From: a virus
IMG/VR virus record: IMGVR_UViG_3300009285_003056
Reading direction: 5' to 3' (one strand)
Length of the DNA stretch: 64,000 nt
Below, one piece after another: positions 39,723 through 50,325 of this stretch. The translations under genes were made by a program, and so were the position numbers. Each line of letters opens with the position of its first letter. Position 1 is the first letter of the stretch. The notes under the pieces are model-generated. The model did not search any database. It was not told where the DNA came from and was given only the letters and a program-made list of their open reading frames with translations.

Positions 39723-42700
39723 CTATTCCTCCAACAACCTTTTGGCATCGCTACTAAGCTGATCCGTCTGTTGCTTCAACGCCTGTTTCTGAGACTCTTG
39801 TATACCCTCTATCTGGTCCAACTGCTGAGAGACACTACCTAAGGACTTCAACTTCTCAAAAGCGGTAGTGCCCCCGCCTGTAACCGCCTTGCCCCGTAGG
39901 ATTTCCTGATAGAGTTCCCAAGACCGACGCTTATCTGCTATGGACTTGAGTGCTATCCGAGAGGGCTCATCCAAATCAAAAGAGCCGTCTGGCTTGGTGG
40001 GTATCTCGGCAAATGTCTGGATGAGCCCCATGTCTTGGGACTTGGCAATCTCTACAAAATCTGTGGACATGGCATCCATGAGCACATCTGCCTCAGCCAT
40101 CCTGAGATCGGATACGTCATTCAATTCCAGATGGAAATTCAAATCCGCCAGGGACAGTGCCGCATTGACTATTGGTAGCTTCTGGGGCGATGCCCCTGTA
40201 TCTGCCAGGAAGTTCTCGACACGATAGGTGATCTTCCCGGTGGAGTCCTTAGAGACTATACTAGCATCCAATAGATCCTGAGTCGAGTACGTCTCCTGAA
40301 GGGACTTTATCAGGGCAGCCTCAGCATCAGTGAACTCCTTGGCAATTGCCCCCGTGTCGTCTTTCTTACCCCTCAAGGGGAGCATCCTGATGTACCTGTC
40401 GAGAACGGCCTTATCCACAATACCCAAGGGATCGGTATTCAACATCTGATTGAACACCCCATCGGCTGAGATATTGACTCCCCGCCCCCAAGGCATCGAA
40501 CCAATCACTGTGTAGCCCGCCGCATCCGACACTGGGAACACAGGGCTCTGCTTCGTCTGGCTTTTACCACCTTGCATTCCCACTGTGCCACCATCGGTGA
40601 GAACCGCCAAGCTATTAATGTTAAAGAGAGCAGCATTCATCGCCTTCATCTGCTCTGCCACATAGGCATCGACCTTTTCAGTATCACCTGGGAATTTCGT
40701 TTTCCCCTCGGTTTGGGCTTCCGCGTGTTTAGTCGCATACTGTTTGGCAATCGGGGAAGCCATACTGCTAGCGACCTGATCACTCGCAGATTTGCAGTAA
40801 TTCTGGGCTGCTTCGTTTGTAGATGCCCCGATCTTTGGGTCATTTAGAGCAGTAGTCGTAGACATAGTCACAAGAACCGACATGTTGTTGACTTTGATCT
40901 TGATTCGCACGGACGATGGGAACGCCCCCACCGTGAAGCCACCTTTGGTCAGGATCTGTGCTTTGGCATCCCACATGGGTTTGAGAACGTTCTGGATTGT
41001 TGACAATGTCTTAGCTTGGGCCGATGAACTAAGAAATGCCCCATACAACCCCCTATAGACCAGAGATCTGGTGTTGGATGCCAACTCCTTCTTATCCTTG
41101 GCCCTCGTGGCTGAAATACCCGTGCCGTCCATTTTGACGTTGCTGAACGTCAAGCTTGTGATCTCTGAGGTGGGGACCGCTTTCTTTCCGGTAAGGGTCT
41201 GGACAAAGAGACCCTTATGCACATGATTGTCTCGTAGGCCAAACTGTGCGTTAACTTTCGCCCCTATCTCCTGATGTTTGATCTCATTCGTTGGGAAGAA
41301 CCCATAACCCCTTTGTGGCGTCAAATCCGCTTTCCCCGAATCTATTGTACCAGCAAGAGTGATAGCCGGATGACTTCCTTGATGGGCTAGCGATGGGTGA
41401 GCACACGAATAGTACCGGAATGAACCTGGTACCTCCACAGTGAAAAGCGCCTTCTTGTCACTCAGGAGACCCAACAGATTGTTTGTTGAACGTAGATCAA
41501 CGTAACCGGGCCTATCAGAGACAGTATCGGCTCCAGCAAGCTTAAGGAGAAGGCGGATTAGGTTGATACTCTCCAGAGATGGACCAACCTCTTCCCCACC
41601 CACCATGCTACCTAGATCTAATTGTGCCTGATTCCGCTTTGTGGTCAAGTCGGAAACCGTTTGGAGTAGTTGTGCCTGTTTGGACGCTTTCACAGTCTCA
41701 GAGATGTCTGTCGCCGTAGACAATATCTGATACTCATTTTCGGCATCTGCTATCTGTAGGTTCAAGGCTGTGATAGTGGCCCCCAAATCGCCTACAGCAC
41801 CCACGATCTTGGGGCTTACACTGGTATAGGCGTTCGCAGCCGCTACCAGATCCACAGCCCCTACTGGGGCATCGGCCGGTGCATCCCCCACATAGAGGTA
41901 CTTCTTCTGCCCGCCTACGTCTGCATATGAATAGTACCCCAGAGATTTCTTACCCCCATCCGCTGTGGGCTCAGTTACTTCAGTTACTGCCCCACTAGTC
42001 ACAGAAGCAAGTTTCAAGATTGCTTTCAGGGCATCTTTACTTGTCAGATTCCAAACATCAGCGTCTTTCGGCGCGATAGAATACAAGGGGCTGATACTCT
42101 CGGGGTCCAGCGCCATTACGACATTAGGAAATCCTTTGATCTTAGGCTGCCCCTTTTCATCTTGCACGATCAGAGGCTTTGGGGGGAGCGACATGTTACC
42201 TAAGTCAATGTCCTCGATGCCCCCACTGCTGAACTTACCCGGGGCAAAGAATTTGGAACGTTTACCTACCAGCTGTAGCGTAGTAGTACATTGGCTCCCA
42301 AACTGGAAGCTATGGTTGAAGCTGTTGCAATAGTAGTAGCAGTCCAGGTAAGGGATATAGAAGGGGTAGCCGGGTCTAATCTCAGGACGATAGGGGATGG
42401 TAGCAGATGCATAATGCCGTCCCACATTCATGACGTCCATCCGGGTAGCTGCCGCATAGAGCATAGCCCCCGGTGAGTTGAGATAGTAGGATTCGAACGA
42501 CTGCTCCCGCCAGCCATATTGGGCCACCAGCCGATAGTCAATGAAAGTGCCCCCCACCCCCCACTCATTTTCCAGCCCCAACCCTATCTGATTCTTGAAG
42601 CTTGAGCCCTTCACCACCATATAGGTACACTCAGGCTCTCTTTCGGACATGGAGAAGCTGATGATGTCTATGTCCTCTAACCTGTAGATTCGAGACTCAC

Positions 42701-44534
42701 TCGTATCCAGATTGAACATAGGGGGCTTGAAGACAAGGTCGCCGTCCACATCCTGGAAAAACTCGAACCCAGTTACCTCACACACCCTCTGGGCCAAATT
42801 CATCTTGGTCTCGTAGGTGGTCTCCCAGAGGTTCACACTACCTTGTTGCCCGATATCCTTTACGAAAGCCACCATCTCGAAGATATTGGTTTCAAAACCA
42901 GCCTGTAACTGCCCGTATTGCCTAATCTTTGCGGCTTCAATGCCACTCTTCTTACTCGGGTCAATAATGCCTAGAAGAGCAGCTGTCTGCATCATTTGGG
43001 CTTCCTTGGCCAGTCCTCTGTTTGAGAAGAGTGCCCGGAGTGTATCTCGCTTCGTGTTGGCTAAGAAAGAAGCCTGCGCAGAATTGAACACATATCCTGT
43101 AGTACCGTGCATCCGAAAATTCATGAAAGTCGTCTTGAACCGCTCAGTCCAGTAATCGAGCGTCAAAGAATAGAGCCCCTGTCCAATTGCTGATGAGGCG
43201 TCTACATTAGTCTTCTTAGCTGACTGGTAAGAGACCGACTGCTGCGACCCAAGAGTATCCCGATACAACTTATACATGATCTCGTAGGGGTGCCAGTCGG
43301 TGAAGTTATGCCCCTCTAACGTCGTCTTGACATTGGCATTCCGGCCCCGTTGCCCAAAGAACGATCCACTGGTAGCCAAATACAAATAGCTCCAGAAATG
43401 AAGCATAGAAGCACAATTCAAAGTTGCGGTCTGAAAACCAGAACTGTAGGCTAGATCCACTTGGGTCACTACCCCATGAAATACCGGGTAGTAGGGGTAA
43501 GAAAGAAGATCATCGGACGGTCGCTTCTGTCGGACTGCCTTGGATAGTGGTTTACCTTTAGCTACTGTGACTTTCTGGGTGCTCTTCTGGAGATCAGAGA
43601 TGTACTTGGGGGTGGCAGCCCCAAAGCGCACGGCCCCACCTGTTCTCTCAGTCCAGGTTGCCAACCATTGATCTAGGGGGCAGACTGTGGTCCCTTTATC
43701 GTCTCTGGATGTAGACTCAGCGACTACCAGACCCCCATTGTAGTCCTGGAGCACGACTACAATGTGATCCGCACTCTTCCCAAAATTGGTTGGATCCGCC
43801 GATGGTCGATTGGGATCCGCATCCATGGCGATGATATCCCCCGGCTGTACTGTATTGTAAATGTCCCCAGCCGGTCTGGGCGTACTCTCTTGGTAAATGA
43901 CAGCGGCAGAAGCTGTGGGAACCCGTTTGCGATCCACTTGTGACATCAGACCCGAGTTTTCCAGGCCAGCCAGTTCAATCTCACTCACAAAATCACTACA
44001 GTCAACACTCGTAAGAGTCTTGGCATGAGTGCTCCCCGGCATCCAACTATCGTCATATGGCCTATGCTGAGCTATGGCATAGTCATAAGCAGCACTGTTC
44101 CAAGCTTCCCATGCCGAAAGTTCTATTTCTTCCGTCTCCAGAACATCCCCTTCTGTGGCTATGCCCGAATCCTGTTCCACGAAATCAGTGACATACCGAA
44201 ACAGCCCCCGAACTGGAAAGTACCCTCGCATGTAGATATGGACTTCAAGACCAGTTCGGAGAATCAAGTTGGCATCCTGTACAAAAGGATCCGTGCTGTG
44301 AACTGGAATGGACAGGCTGATATTAGCTGAGAGGCTTCCTGGCTCAACTCCGGCATCCGTACTAACCGATGTGATGTATCTCTGAAAATTGATACGTCTG
44401 GCACCATCACTCGTGAAATTTCCCGGAATGGTGAGATCCCCATTGAGGTAGACCAGACAATCAGGAGTACATTGGACTAACTCCTTGTTGTTCAGTTGCC
44501 AAGTCCCAATGTAGGGGCGTGAGGTTATGCCCAC
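39723..44534 (-). CDS. Baseplate hub protein (gp27/gpD-like) with an inserted NlpC/P60- or CHAP-like Cys-His peptidase domain, 1603 aa, GTG start
   Basis: Hub motifs YITSVSTDAG...SANISL, VFHGVVTQVDLAYSSGFQTATLNC, FEFFQDVDGDLVFKPP, LVAQYGWREQ, ASATIPYRPEIRPGYPFYI...YYCNSFNHSFQFG..CTTTLQL. The insert reads SVDCSDFV...VQPGDII...DHIVVV...VAES. Confidence 0.75.
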   Translation of the reverse strand: MGITSRPYIGTWQLNNKELVQCTPDCLVYLNGDLTIPGNFTSDGARRINFQRYITSVSTDAGVEPGSLSANISLSIPVHSTDPFVQDANLILRTGLEVHIYMRGYFPVRGLFRYVTDFVEQDSGIATEGDVLETEEIELSAWEAWNSAAYDYAIAQHRPYDDSWMPGSTHAKTLTSVDCSDFVSEIELAGLENSGLMSQVDRKRVPTASAAVIYQESTPRPAGDIYNTVQPGDIIAMDADPNRPSADPTNFGKSADHIVVVLQDYNGGLVVAESTSRDDKGTTVCPLDQWLATWTERTGGAVRFGAATPKYISDLQKSTQKVTVAKGKPLSKAVRQKRPSDDLLSYPYYPVFHGVVTQVDLAYSSGFQTATLNCASMLHFWSYLYLATSGSFFGQRGRNANVKTTLEGHNFTDWHPYEIMYKLYRDTLGSQQSVSYQSAKKTNVDASSAIGQGLYSLTLDYWTERFKTTFMNFRMHGTTGYVFNSAQASFLANTKRDTLRALFSNRGLAKEAQMMQTAALLGIIDPSKKSGIEAAKIRQYGQLQAGFETNIFEMVAFVKDIGQQGSVNLWETTYETKMNLAQRVCEVTGFEFFQDVDGDLVFKPPMFNLDTSESRIYRLEDIDIISFSMSEREPECTYMVVKGSSFKNQIGLGLENEWGVGGTFIDYRLVAQYGWREQSFESYYLNSPGAMLYAAATRMDVMNVGRHYASATIPYRPEIRPGYPFYIPYLDCYYYCNSFNHSFQFGSQCTTTLQLVGKRSKFFAPGKFSSGGIEDIDLGNMSLPPKPLIVQDEKGQPKIKGFPNVVMALDPESISPLYSIAPKDADVWNLTSKDALKAILKLASVTSGAVTEVTEPTADGGKKSLGYYSYADVGGQKKYLYVGDAPADAPVGAVDLVAAANAYTSVSPKIVGAVGDLGATITALNLQIADAENEYQILSTATDISETVKASKQAQLLQTVSDLTTKRNQAQLDLGSMVGGEEVGPSLESINLIRLLLKLAGADTVSDRPGYVDLRSTNNLLGLLSDKKALFTVEVPGSFRYYSCAHPSLAHQGSHPAITLAGTIDSGKADLTPQRGYGFFPTNEIKHQEIGAKVNAQFGLRDNHVHKGLFVQTLTGKKAVPTSEITSLTFSNVKMDGTGISATRAKDKKELASNTRSLVYRGLYGAFLSSSAQAKTLSTIQNVLKPMWDAKAQILTKGGFTVGAFPSSVRIKIKVNNMSVLVTMSTTTALNDPKIGASTNEAAQNYCKSASDQVASSMASPIAKQYATKHAEAQTEGKTKFPGDTEKVDAYVAEQMKAMNAALFNINSLAVLTDGGTVGMQGGKSQTKQSPVFPVSDAAGYTVIGSMPWGRGVNISADGVFNQMLNTDPLGIVDKAVLDRYIRMLPLRGKKDDTGAIAKEFTDAEAALIKSLQETYSTQDLLDASIVSKDSTGKITYRVENFLADTGASPQKLPIVNAALSLADLNFHLELNDVSDLRMAEADVLMDAMSTDFVEIAKSQDMGLIQTFAEIPTKPDGSFDLDEPSRIALKSIADKRRSWELYQEILRGKAVTGGGTTAFEKLKSLGSVSQQLDQIEGIQESQKQALKQQTDQLSSDAKRLLEE

Positions 44535-44603
44535 TCTACACCCCCATAGGTTTCATCAGCAATTATTCTATGGGAACAATGCCTTAGAAGAACATCTACC
44601 ATT

Positions 44604-45926
44604 TCACTTCACCTTTTTCTGTGGGGTAGCCAAGAAGGATAGCCTGGTTATCGCACCAGTTAGTGTCTTGAACCCCACCTCAGATGGGGGCAGAGTTGGT
44701 GCAGATGATGTGGGGGGGGCCACTGAAGGAGGCGTCCCTGATGGCAATGCCGTTGCTACCGACCCCAATTCCACCGCAGAACCCGCTGTTGGCTGAAAGA
44801 AAGCCGGACTGGCATAGAGCACATCATCGAATCGAGTACTCATCGGATTCCGCATGGGCTTCAAGGATTCAACTTTGGCATCATGGTAGTCGTATATCTG
44901 TGCTACGGTGAAGTCGATTTCAAACTGTACATTCCCATGGGGTTGAGCCTCTTCATAACCCCACCCAAAGGAATTCATGTTCCCTAGGTACATCATCTGA
45001 TCGTATTCGATAGAGATCACCCCAACCATATGGTGGGCATTCGTTTTCCCGATAGTATCATAGATGTATCCATTGCTCTTGTAGAACATCATGAGGGCCA
45101 TGAGCTGTTGGAAGGATGCCGAATCCCTTTTGGCTGCAAATTGTACTCCAGTAGCCACACTAGTACCCGCAGCGGTGGGGCTGAAAACCGTGCCATTAGC
45201 ACCTGCACAAAAAGCCCCTATGGCCCCCGAGACAGTCATCTTGGGCTGTTCTTCCCCCCATGCCTGAAAGATGAGCCCCGTTCGACTTCGTTCCTGATAC
45301 TGAAGTATCTTCTGGAATTGCATCATAAGGGAAGTAGGGTTCACAAGCAAAGTCAGGGGTGGGGTATTGACGATCTTGGTTAGCTGCAAGCCAATATCTT
45401 GTGCCATCAGGGCATCTGTGATAACTGGCGTGCTCCCATTGTCACCAGACACCCCATACCCTGCAGACGGGGACTTGGTTCCCACATTGGAGCGACCCCC
45501 ACTCACATAGACTGGAGAGATGGATGGGCCTGCATTGTTTCGGGCATTCACCTGTCCAAAGAGAGTATCTACATCCCTCAGAGTGTTCTGGAGATTGCCA
45601 CGGATAGAGATGTCCTCAATAAGCCCCAACTCTACCGGATGATCCTTAGAACCCGTTTCAGAGTTTTTCAGCAGAGACGGATTGGAAAGGTACAGGAGTG
45701 GGGGCAGTATCCGTAGCGTGAATGGTGAAAGGGCAGTAGAGACTTTCTCTGCCCCTGAGATGGGTGTTGTAAGTTGCTGCTCCCATTCGATGGCTAATTC
45801 CGGCCCGACTGTGGGGCTATAGGCCATCGCTGGAGGTAAAGTAGCCACAGTGTCCACCGTAGCCGCATCCTCAGCAAAAAAATCACCCACCTTTTGGGTC
45901 AATGACCGCCCATCATCAGTCGTCAT
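44604..45926 (-). CDS. Tail tube initiator-like protein (T4 gp48/gp54 positional equivalent), 440 aa
   Basis: The tube-fold-like motif PLTLLVNPTSLMMQFQKI...ERSRTGLIFQAWGEEQPKMTVSG...YLGNMNSFGW...VQFEIDFTV; located between the tape measure and hub genes. Confidence 0.55.
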   Translation of the reverse strand: MTTDDGRSLTQKVGDFFAEDAATVDTVATLPPAMAYSPTVGPELAIEWEQQLTTPISGAEKVSTALSPFTLRILPPLLYLSNPSLLKNSETGSKDHPVELGLIEDISIRGNLQNTLRDVDTLFGQVNARNNAGPSISPVYVSGGRSNVGTKSPSAGYGVSGDNGSTPVITDALMAQDIGLQLTKIVNTPPLTLLVNPTSLMMQFQKILQYQERSRTGLIFQAWGEEQPKMTVSGAIGAFCAGANGTVFSPTAAGTSVATGVQFAAKRDSASFQQLMALMMFYKSNGYIYDTIGKTNAHHMVGVISIEYDQMMYLGNMNSFGWGYEEAQPHGNVQFEIDFTVAQIYDYHDAKVESLKPMRNPMSTRFDDVLYASPAFFQPTAGSAVELGSVATALPSGTPPSVAPPTSSAPTLPPSEVGFKTLTGAITRLSFLATPQKKVK

Positions 45927-46828
45927 GGTATCTCTTCCTTAGGAACGCTCGGGACTGGAGCAGGTGGCACAAAGGCCCCTGCATTTCGTGCCTTCTCCAC
46001 ACTCTGGGCCATTGCCTTCCTTGTTTTAACCCCCTGTGATGTCCCTTGTTGTTTTTTTCGTTCTGCCTCTACCTCATCTGCCAGAATTTTATCTACCAAA
46101 CCATCTGAAGCTGTGGTATCGGATGTGTCCGGGAGTTTAGGTGCCATCATCCCCATCTCCCCTGCCTGCTGTGCATTAGTGGGCATAGATGGGTTGGCAA
46201 ATCTATTTGCCACGTCTGCGAATATCTGTGACGTGCGCAGGTTCCACTTATCCTGTTGGATGTAAAACTCACCTGATAGTTCGAACTGGTAGGGCTTCTC
46301 GGCAGTTTCCTGCACGCTAAAAGAAGCCCATTTCCCAAAATGGGTGCCCCCGTCGAAAGTTACCTTGATCTGCCCATCAAACACTAGGTTCCCGTTCTGA
46401 TCATAGACGTCCCCATTGTTGTGATAGAGAGCGAGGATGTCCAAATACTTGTCATATGCGATTGTCTCTCGACGTGTCCCCCCAACATCCATAGCAGCAT
46501 TCTTGCCCCCAGTGATATTGGAGAGGCCGCTATAGAGGCGCATAAACCCACCTGTAGCCATCTCAAATGTGATCGTGCCTAGACCCTCGCCCCAGTGGAA
46601 TTCGACAAAGCCACCCTTTGTCTGGACTCGCTCGATGACTTTCGTGTACGAAAACTTCATGGTCCGGGGATTGACGTGTAGAACCATCTTCAAACTGCCC
46701 GGGAGCAATGAAGTTTCCCCATCTGGGGCGATGATGTCAAAGACTACAGGGCGTTTCCCCTGTCCGTTGAACTCATCGTCCGAAGATCGGAAAGCGCCCT
46801 TGAAGACAGGTGGGGAGTCTTTACTCAT
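45923..46828 (-). CDS. Second tail tube initiator-like protein, 301 aa
   Basis: MVLHVNPRTMKFSYTKVIERVQTKGGFVEFHWGEGLGTITFEMATGGF...FGKWASFSVQETAEKPYQFELSGEF parallels the neighbouring gene. ATGA overlaps on both sides. Confidence 0.55.
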   Translation of the reverse strand: MSKDSPPVFKGAFRSSDDEFNGQGKRPVVFDIIAPDGETSLLPGSLKMVLHVNPRTMKFSYTKVIERVQTKGGFVEFHWGEGLGTITFEMATGGFMRLYSGLSNITGGKNAAMDVGGTRRETIAYDKYLDILALYHNNGDVYDQNGNLVFDGQIKVTFDGGTHFGKWASFSVQETAEKPYQFELSGEFYIQQDKWNLRTSQIFADVANRFANPSMPTNAQQAGEMGMMAPKLPDTSDTTASDGLVDKILADEVEAERKKQQGTSQGVKTRKAMAQSVEKARNAGAFVPPAPVPSVPKEEIP

Positions 46829-49800
46829 GCTGGAATCACCCCAGCGACTTCAAGGGCACGTTTGACAGTACGATAGACTTCATCCTGATTGCCCCCATTG
46901 ATGTGGATTACCACGGAGCCACGGCTACCACCACCAGCCCCTCTGGTAGCGGCCTTAGCAGACATATCCAGGGCACCCCCACTTCTGGAGCCTAATACGC
47001 TGAGTTCATCGGATGGCGAGAATTTCGAGACTAATTCCGTACCATGGGAACCCATACGGACAAGAAAGTCCTGAGCAGTAGTACCTGTGCCAGCACCAGC
47101 ACCAGCACCAGCCCCCCAAGCCGTTATTCTTTGCTTGATTGGTAGATCTTCAGAGACATACCGAAGATTGGTGCCCGCTGCTTCAATCGCTGCTGTTAAG
47201 CCAATGTCTTCTTTACCCGCAAGTATATCCTGTATCTCCTCAGGAGTTCGTTCCAGCCCCAACTGTGCTAATAGGTCTTTAACTGCCCGTTCCTCTACCA
47301 ACTTCTGTTCTGCTTTGGCGATATCTTCGGGCAAGTTTTCTGTAACGCCTAATGTGTCCTTATCAATTTTCTGTGTGTCTTTCTCCAATTTCAATCCCAT
47401 TGCCTTTTCGATACGTTCTTTAACCCGTTTCTCTCTCTCTCCCTTTATCCAGTCGCTCAGTAGACTCAAATCATAGGGCATATCTGCTGGAAAACCCATA
47501 CCTTCCAACTTTTGAACTATCTCTGCGTAACGGGCTTCCCGGGCTGTTTCTTCTTCAGTTGTCCCTCCTTCGTTCCACCTCAGGCCTTCCAATGTGGCTA
47601 AGAGGTCTCCAGCTGGGGCAGTCAAATCCCTCAATTCTCTGTCTACATTGTCTGTAATGGCCATCAGCACTTCATCAGGAAGCACAATTTTGGATAGGGC
47701 GGTTTCTTTCTGTTGCTTCAGCACATCCATACCAGCAGCAGTACCCCGTACCCCAAATCCTGCTGCCGTCTCCTGTGGGGGTGTCACTTTCCCGAAACCC
47801 CAAGCTTCAGCGACTCTAGCAATTAAATCTGGTATCTGGGCACCTAATGCCGTGTACTGCCCTTTATCCTGGATGTTTCCTAAAGCCTCTGCCCCCAGCT
47901 TTTTCGCATCAGCAAACCTGATTTGCTCTCTCTCAAGGACTCTCTGGTCAGCAATTTCTTTAGCTATGGCTGTTCGTCTTTCAGGAGTCGTCCCGGGTCT
48001 GTCATACTCTGCCTTCAATTTAATGATGGCTTCACGAGATTTAGCAGCCTCCTTCCGAAAGGTCATAGCCTCGGTCAATAGAGACGCAGTGGCCTCAGAT
48101 TTAGCGGCCAATTCCTGTGGAGTGAATTCCGTCCCTTTTATCCAGGTGAGTATCTGGCTCACAGTACCCCAAATACCCTCAAGGATTTGGTTCATACCAT
48201 GTTCGATTCTGTCTGACAGAGTCAGTGTCGCATTCGAGATCTCTCTGGTCAAGAGAAGCATCTCGTCCTGGGTCTCTTCACCACCCGTCATTGCCGCTAA
48301 CTGCTCATCCCCTATTGTACCCAGGTACTTCGTGAACCCCTCCAGAGAATTCTCTATGGGCTCTCCAATGGCCTTGTATCCTTCATCCTTATCCAGTACA
48401 GCCTTGAAAACCTGCCCCCCCTTCTTTACCATGCCAAACTGTTTTGTAAGAGCAATACCCTCATCGGTGGACATCACATCTGCACCCTTTTGGATATTCT
48501 CGAAAGCCCCATGCAAGTCCTTCATGACTATATCCAAAGACTTGAACTCGGCTCCCCCAATGCCAGAGACCTCCTGGAAGGACACCAACTGATTGAAGTC
48601 CGTGATTTTCTCGACAGACGACCCTATTATGCCCTTCATGGCCTCCGCTTTGGCCCGCAACACGGACACTCCTGAAAGGACATCCATGTGCCTAGCCTTG
48701 GCGGTAAGATCATCAGACGAAACCGCACCTTGACTAGCACCCAGAGCAGGTGTGATAGCCATGGCCTCTTGTTCAGACCCGCTCCTTCGTCTAATCTGTG
48801 CCCGTAGTGCCCCTTCGCCACCTTCACCAACCTTCCCTAGTTCCTTAACCAGTATCTTTGCTACCCGCTGTAATTCCTCAGGCTTCGAGAGATCCCCCAC
48901 AGCCACATCTGCACCCAAGTCCTTGAAAATATTGCCCCCATATGTTGCCAAATAGGTTTCTGCTCGTTTCTGTGCTTCTTGTGCAAAGATGCTTTGTGCT
49001 GCAGCCCCCCCCATCTTTTTGACCCGTATGTAACTGTCTTTGATTGACTCATCCTTGAAGCCCGTACCAATTCCCTGTACAAACTCAGCTGCCATCTTAG
49101 GATTCAGGGACTTGCTGACCTGTAAGAGCAATGCTCCCGCTTCCTCCATCTGCATGTTATAGAGACCCATGCCAGATACCGCCTGCAACACCATGGAATA
49201 GAACCGCTTAGCGCCAAACCCAGCTTGCATAGCCATTTTAGAAACCGCTCCGAACTTCTCCTCGATCTTCCCCAACCCCATATTGTACTGCTCCATCATC
49301 TCTGCCATGTTTGCTGCTATCGTGGCGGGGGCCTCACCTAAAGCACGAGCATACTTTGTCGCTCCCGTCAGAGCCTTCTCATAGGCTTGCACGGCCTCAG
49401 TTGCATTCTGTGCATTCTGTCGTATCTCCTTGAATGTAAACCCAGCTTCCGAAAAGGCGCCTAATACCTGTAGGGCTTCATCCTTCTTCAAGCCAAGCAC
49501 CTTAAAGGTTTGATCCGATATTGCTGCCTTCCTGATGGCCCCCAGGTTTTCTTCCAACTTCAAAGCTGCGACCCCTGTAACATCCAAAGCCCCTGCCCCC
49601 TGTAGGATCGTCCTATTCATTTCCTTGGCTTGCGACTCTACATCCATGAATATCTTAGCTAGTGCCGCCAACCCAGCTGCAGCCCCAGCTAAAAGGGCCA
49701 GAGTTCCACCTAACCTCAGGAGACCTTCTCCAATCCCACCCTTGGCCCCACCTTGTGCGGCCATTCCCGCACCCTTGGTCTCCATCCCTTTAGAGATACT

Positions 49801-50325
49801 CTTACCGATACTGGCCCACCCCTGGGGAGATCGAAGGTTCTCAAACGCTCCTGCTATGGCATCCCCAAAGTCCTCGGCTCTTTCAGCCATCCTCTTATCA
49901 GCAATCCTCTCGGATTCACCCATCAATTGCTTACGCCGCCCCCAGTATCTGTCATTGGCCCGTTGCTCCAATTTGATGCTCTTCATTGTCGATGCTTCAA
50001 GGGTCTTAGCCTGTTTCTCGGCTGCCTTTGTCTCCTTGGCAACTAATGCAGCCCGTACCTTCAGATCCGCTTTCTGTGCCTTCTCTATCCGTGCCTGGGC
50101 TTGGGCATCTGCTCTCCGAATGGTGTCTTGCATCCTCTCGAACTTCTTAGCCGTCTTCTCAAGAGCCCTGACCCCACCTCCACCTGAGGCCACCGTAGCC
50201 ATAGCCTTCCCAAAGGCTTTCCCGATCTCAGTTGAGATCTTGCCCATGGACTTCAGCATCTTTGAATCTATGTCCCCCATGTTCAATGAGGGCACAAACT
50301 CGACTACTGCCGTGTTCTTAGCCAT
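46825..50325 (-). CDS. Tape measure protein (~1166 aa)
   Basis: Ala/Gly/Lys/Glu-rich helical protein with a hydrophobic stretch (LGGTLALLAGAAAGLAALAKIF) and a C-terminal GSVVIHINGG..EVYRTVKRAL. It lies downstream of tube and chaperone genes. Start moved to MAKNTAVVEF (GAGG upstream). Confidence 0.8.
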   Translation of the reverse strand: MAKNTAVVEFVPSLNMGDIDSKMLKSMGKISTEIGKAFGKAMATVASGGGGVRALEKTAKKFERMQDTIRRADAQAQARIEKAQKADLKVRAALVAKETKAAEKQAKTLEASTMKSIKLEQRANDRYWGRRKQLMGESERIADKRMAERAEDFGDAIAGAFENLRSPQGWASIGKSISKGMETKGAGMAAQGGAKGGIGEGLLRLGGTLALLAGAAAGLAALAKIFMDVESQAKEMNRTILQGAGALDVTGVAALKLEENLGAIRKAAISDQTFKVLGLKKDEALQVLGAFSEAGFTFKEIRQNAQNATEAVQAYEKALTGATKYARALGEAPATIAANMAEMMEQYNMGLGKIEEKFGAVSKMAMQAGFGAKRFYSMVLQAVSGMGLYNMQMEEAGALLLQVSKSLNPKMAAEFVQGIGTGFKDESIKDSYIRVKKMGGAAAQSIFAQEAQKRAETYLATYGGNIFKDLGADVAVGDLSKPEELQRVAKILVKELGKVGEGGEGALRAQIRRRSGSEQEAMAITPALGASQGAVSSDDLTAKARHMDVLSGVSVLRAKAEAMKGIIGSSVEKITDFNQLVSFQEVSGIGGAEFKSLDIVMKDLHGAFENIQKGADVMSTDEGIALTKQFGMVKKGGQVFKAVLDKDEGYKAIGEPIENSLEGFTKYLGTIGDEQLAAMTGGEETQDEMLLLTREISNATLTLSDRIEHGMNQILEGIWGTVSQILTWIKGTEFTPQELAAKSEATASLLTEAMTFRKEAAKSREAIIKLKAEYDRPGTTPERRTAIAKEIADQRVLEREQIRFADAKKLGAEALGNIQDKGQYTALGAQIPDLIARVAEAWGFGKVTPPQETAAGFGVRGTAAGMDVLKQQKETALSKIVLPDEVLMAITDNVDRELRDLTAPAGDLLATLEGLRWNEGGTTEEETAREARYAEIVQKLEGMGFPADMPYDLSLLSDWIKGEREKRVKERIEKAMGLKLEKDTQKIDKDTLGVTENLPEDIAKAEQKLVEERAVKDLLAQLGLERTPEEIQDILAGKEDIGLTAAIEAAGTNLRYVSEDLPIKQRITAWGAGAGAGAGTGTTAQDFLVRMGSHGTELVSKFSPSDELSVLGSRSGGALDMSAKAATRGAGGGSRGSVVIHINGGNQDEVYRTVKRALEVAGVIPA

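Noticed and set aside
47090-47113. (CCAGCA)x3-4 tandem repeat
   Set aside because: It simply encodes a GAGAGAGT linker in the tape measure protein; the repeat unit is in frame, so it is not a phase-variation tract.
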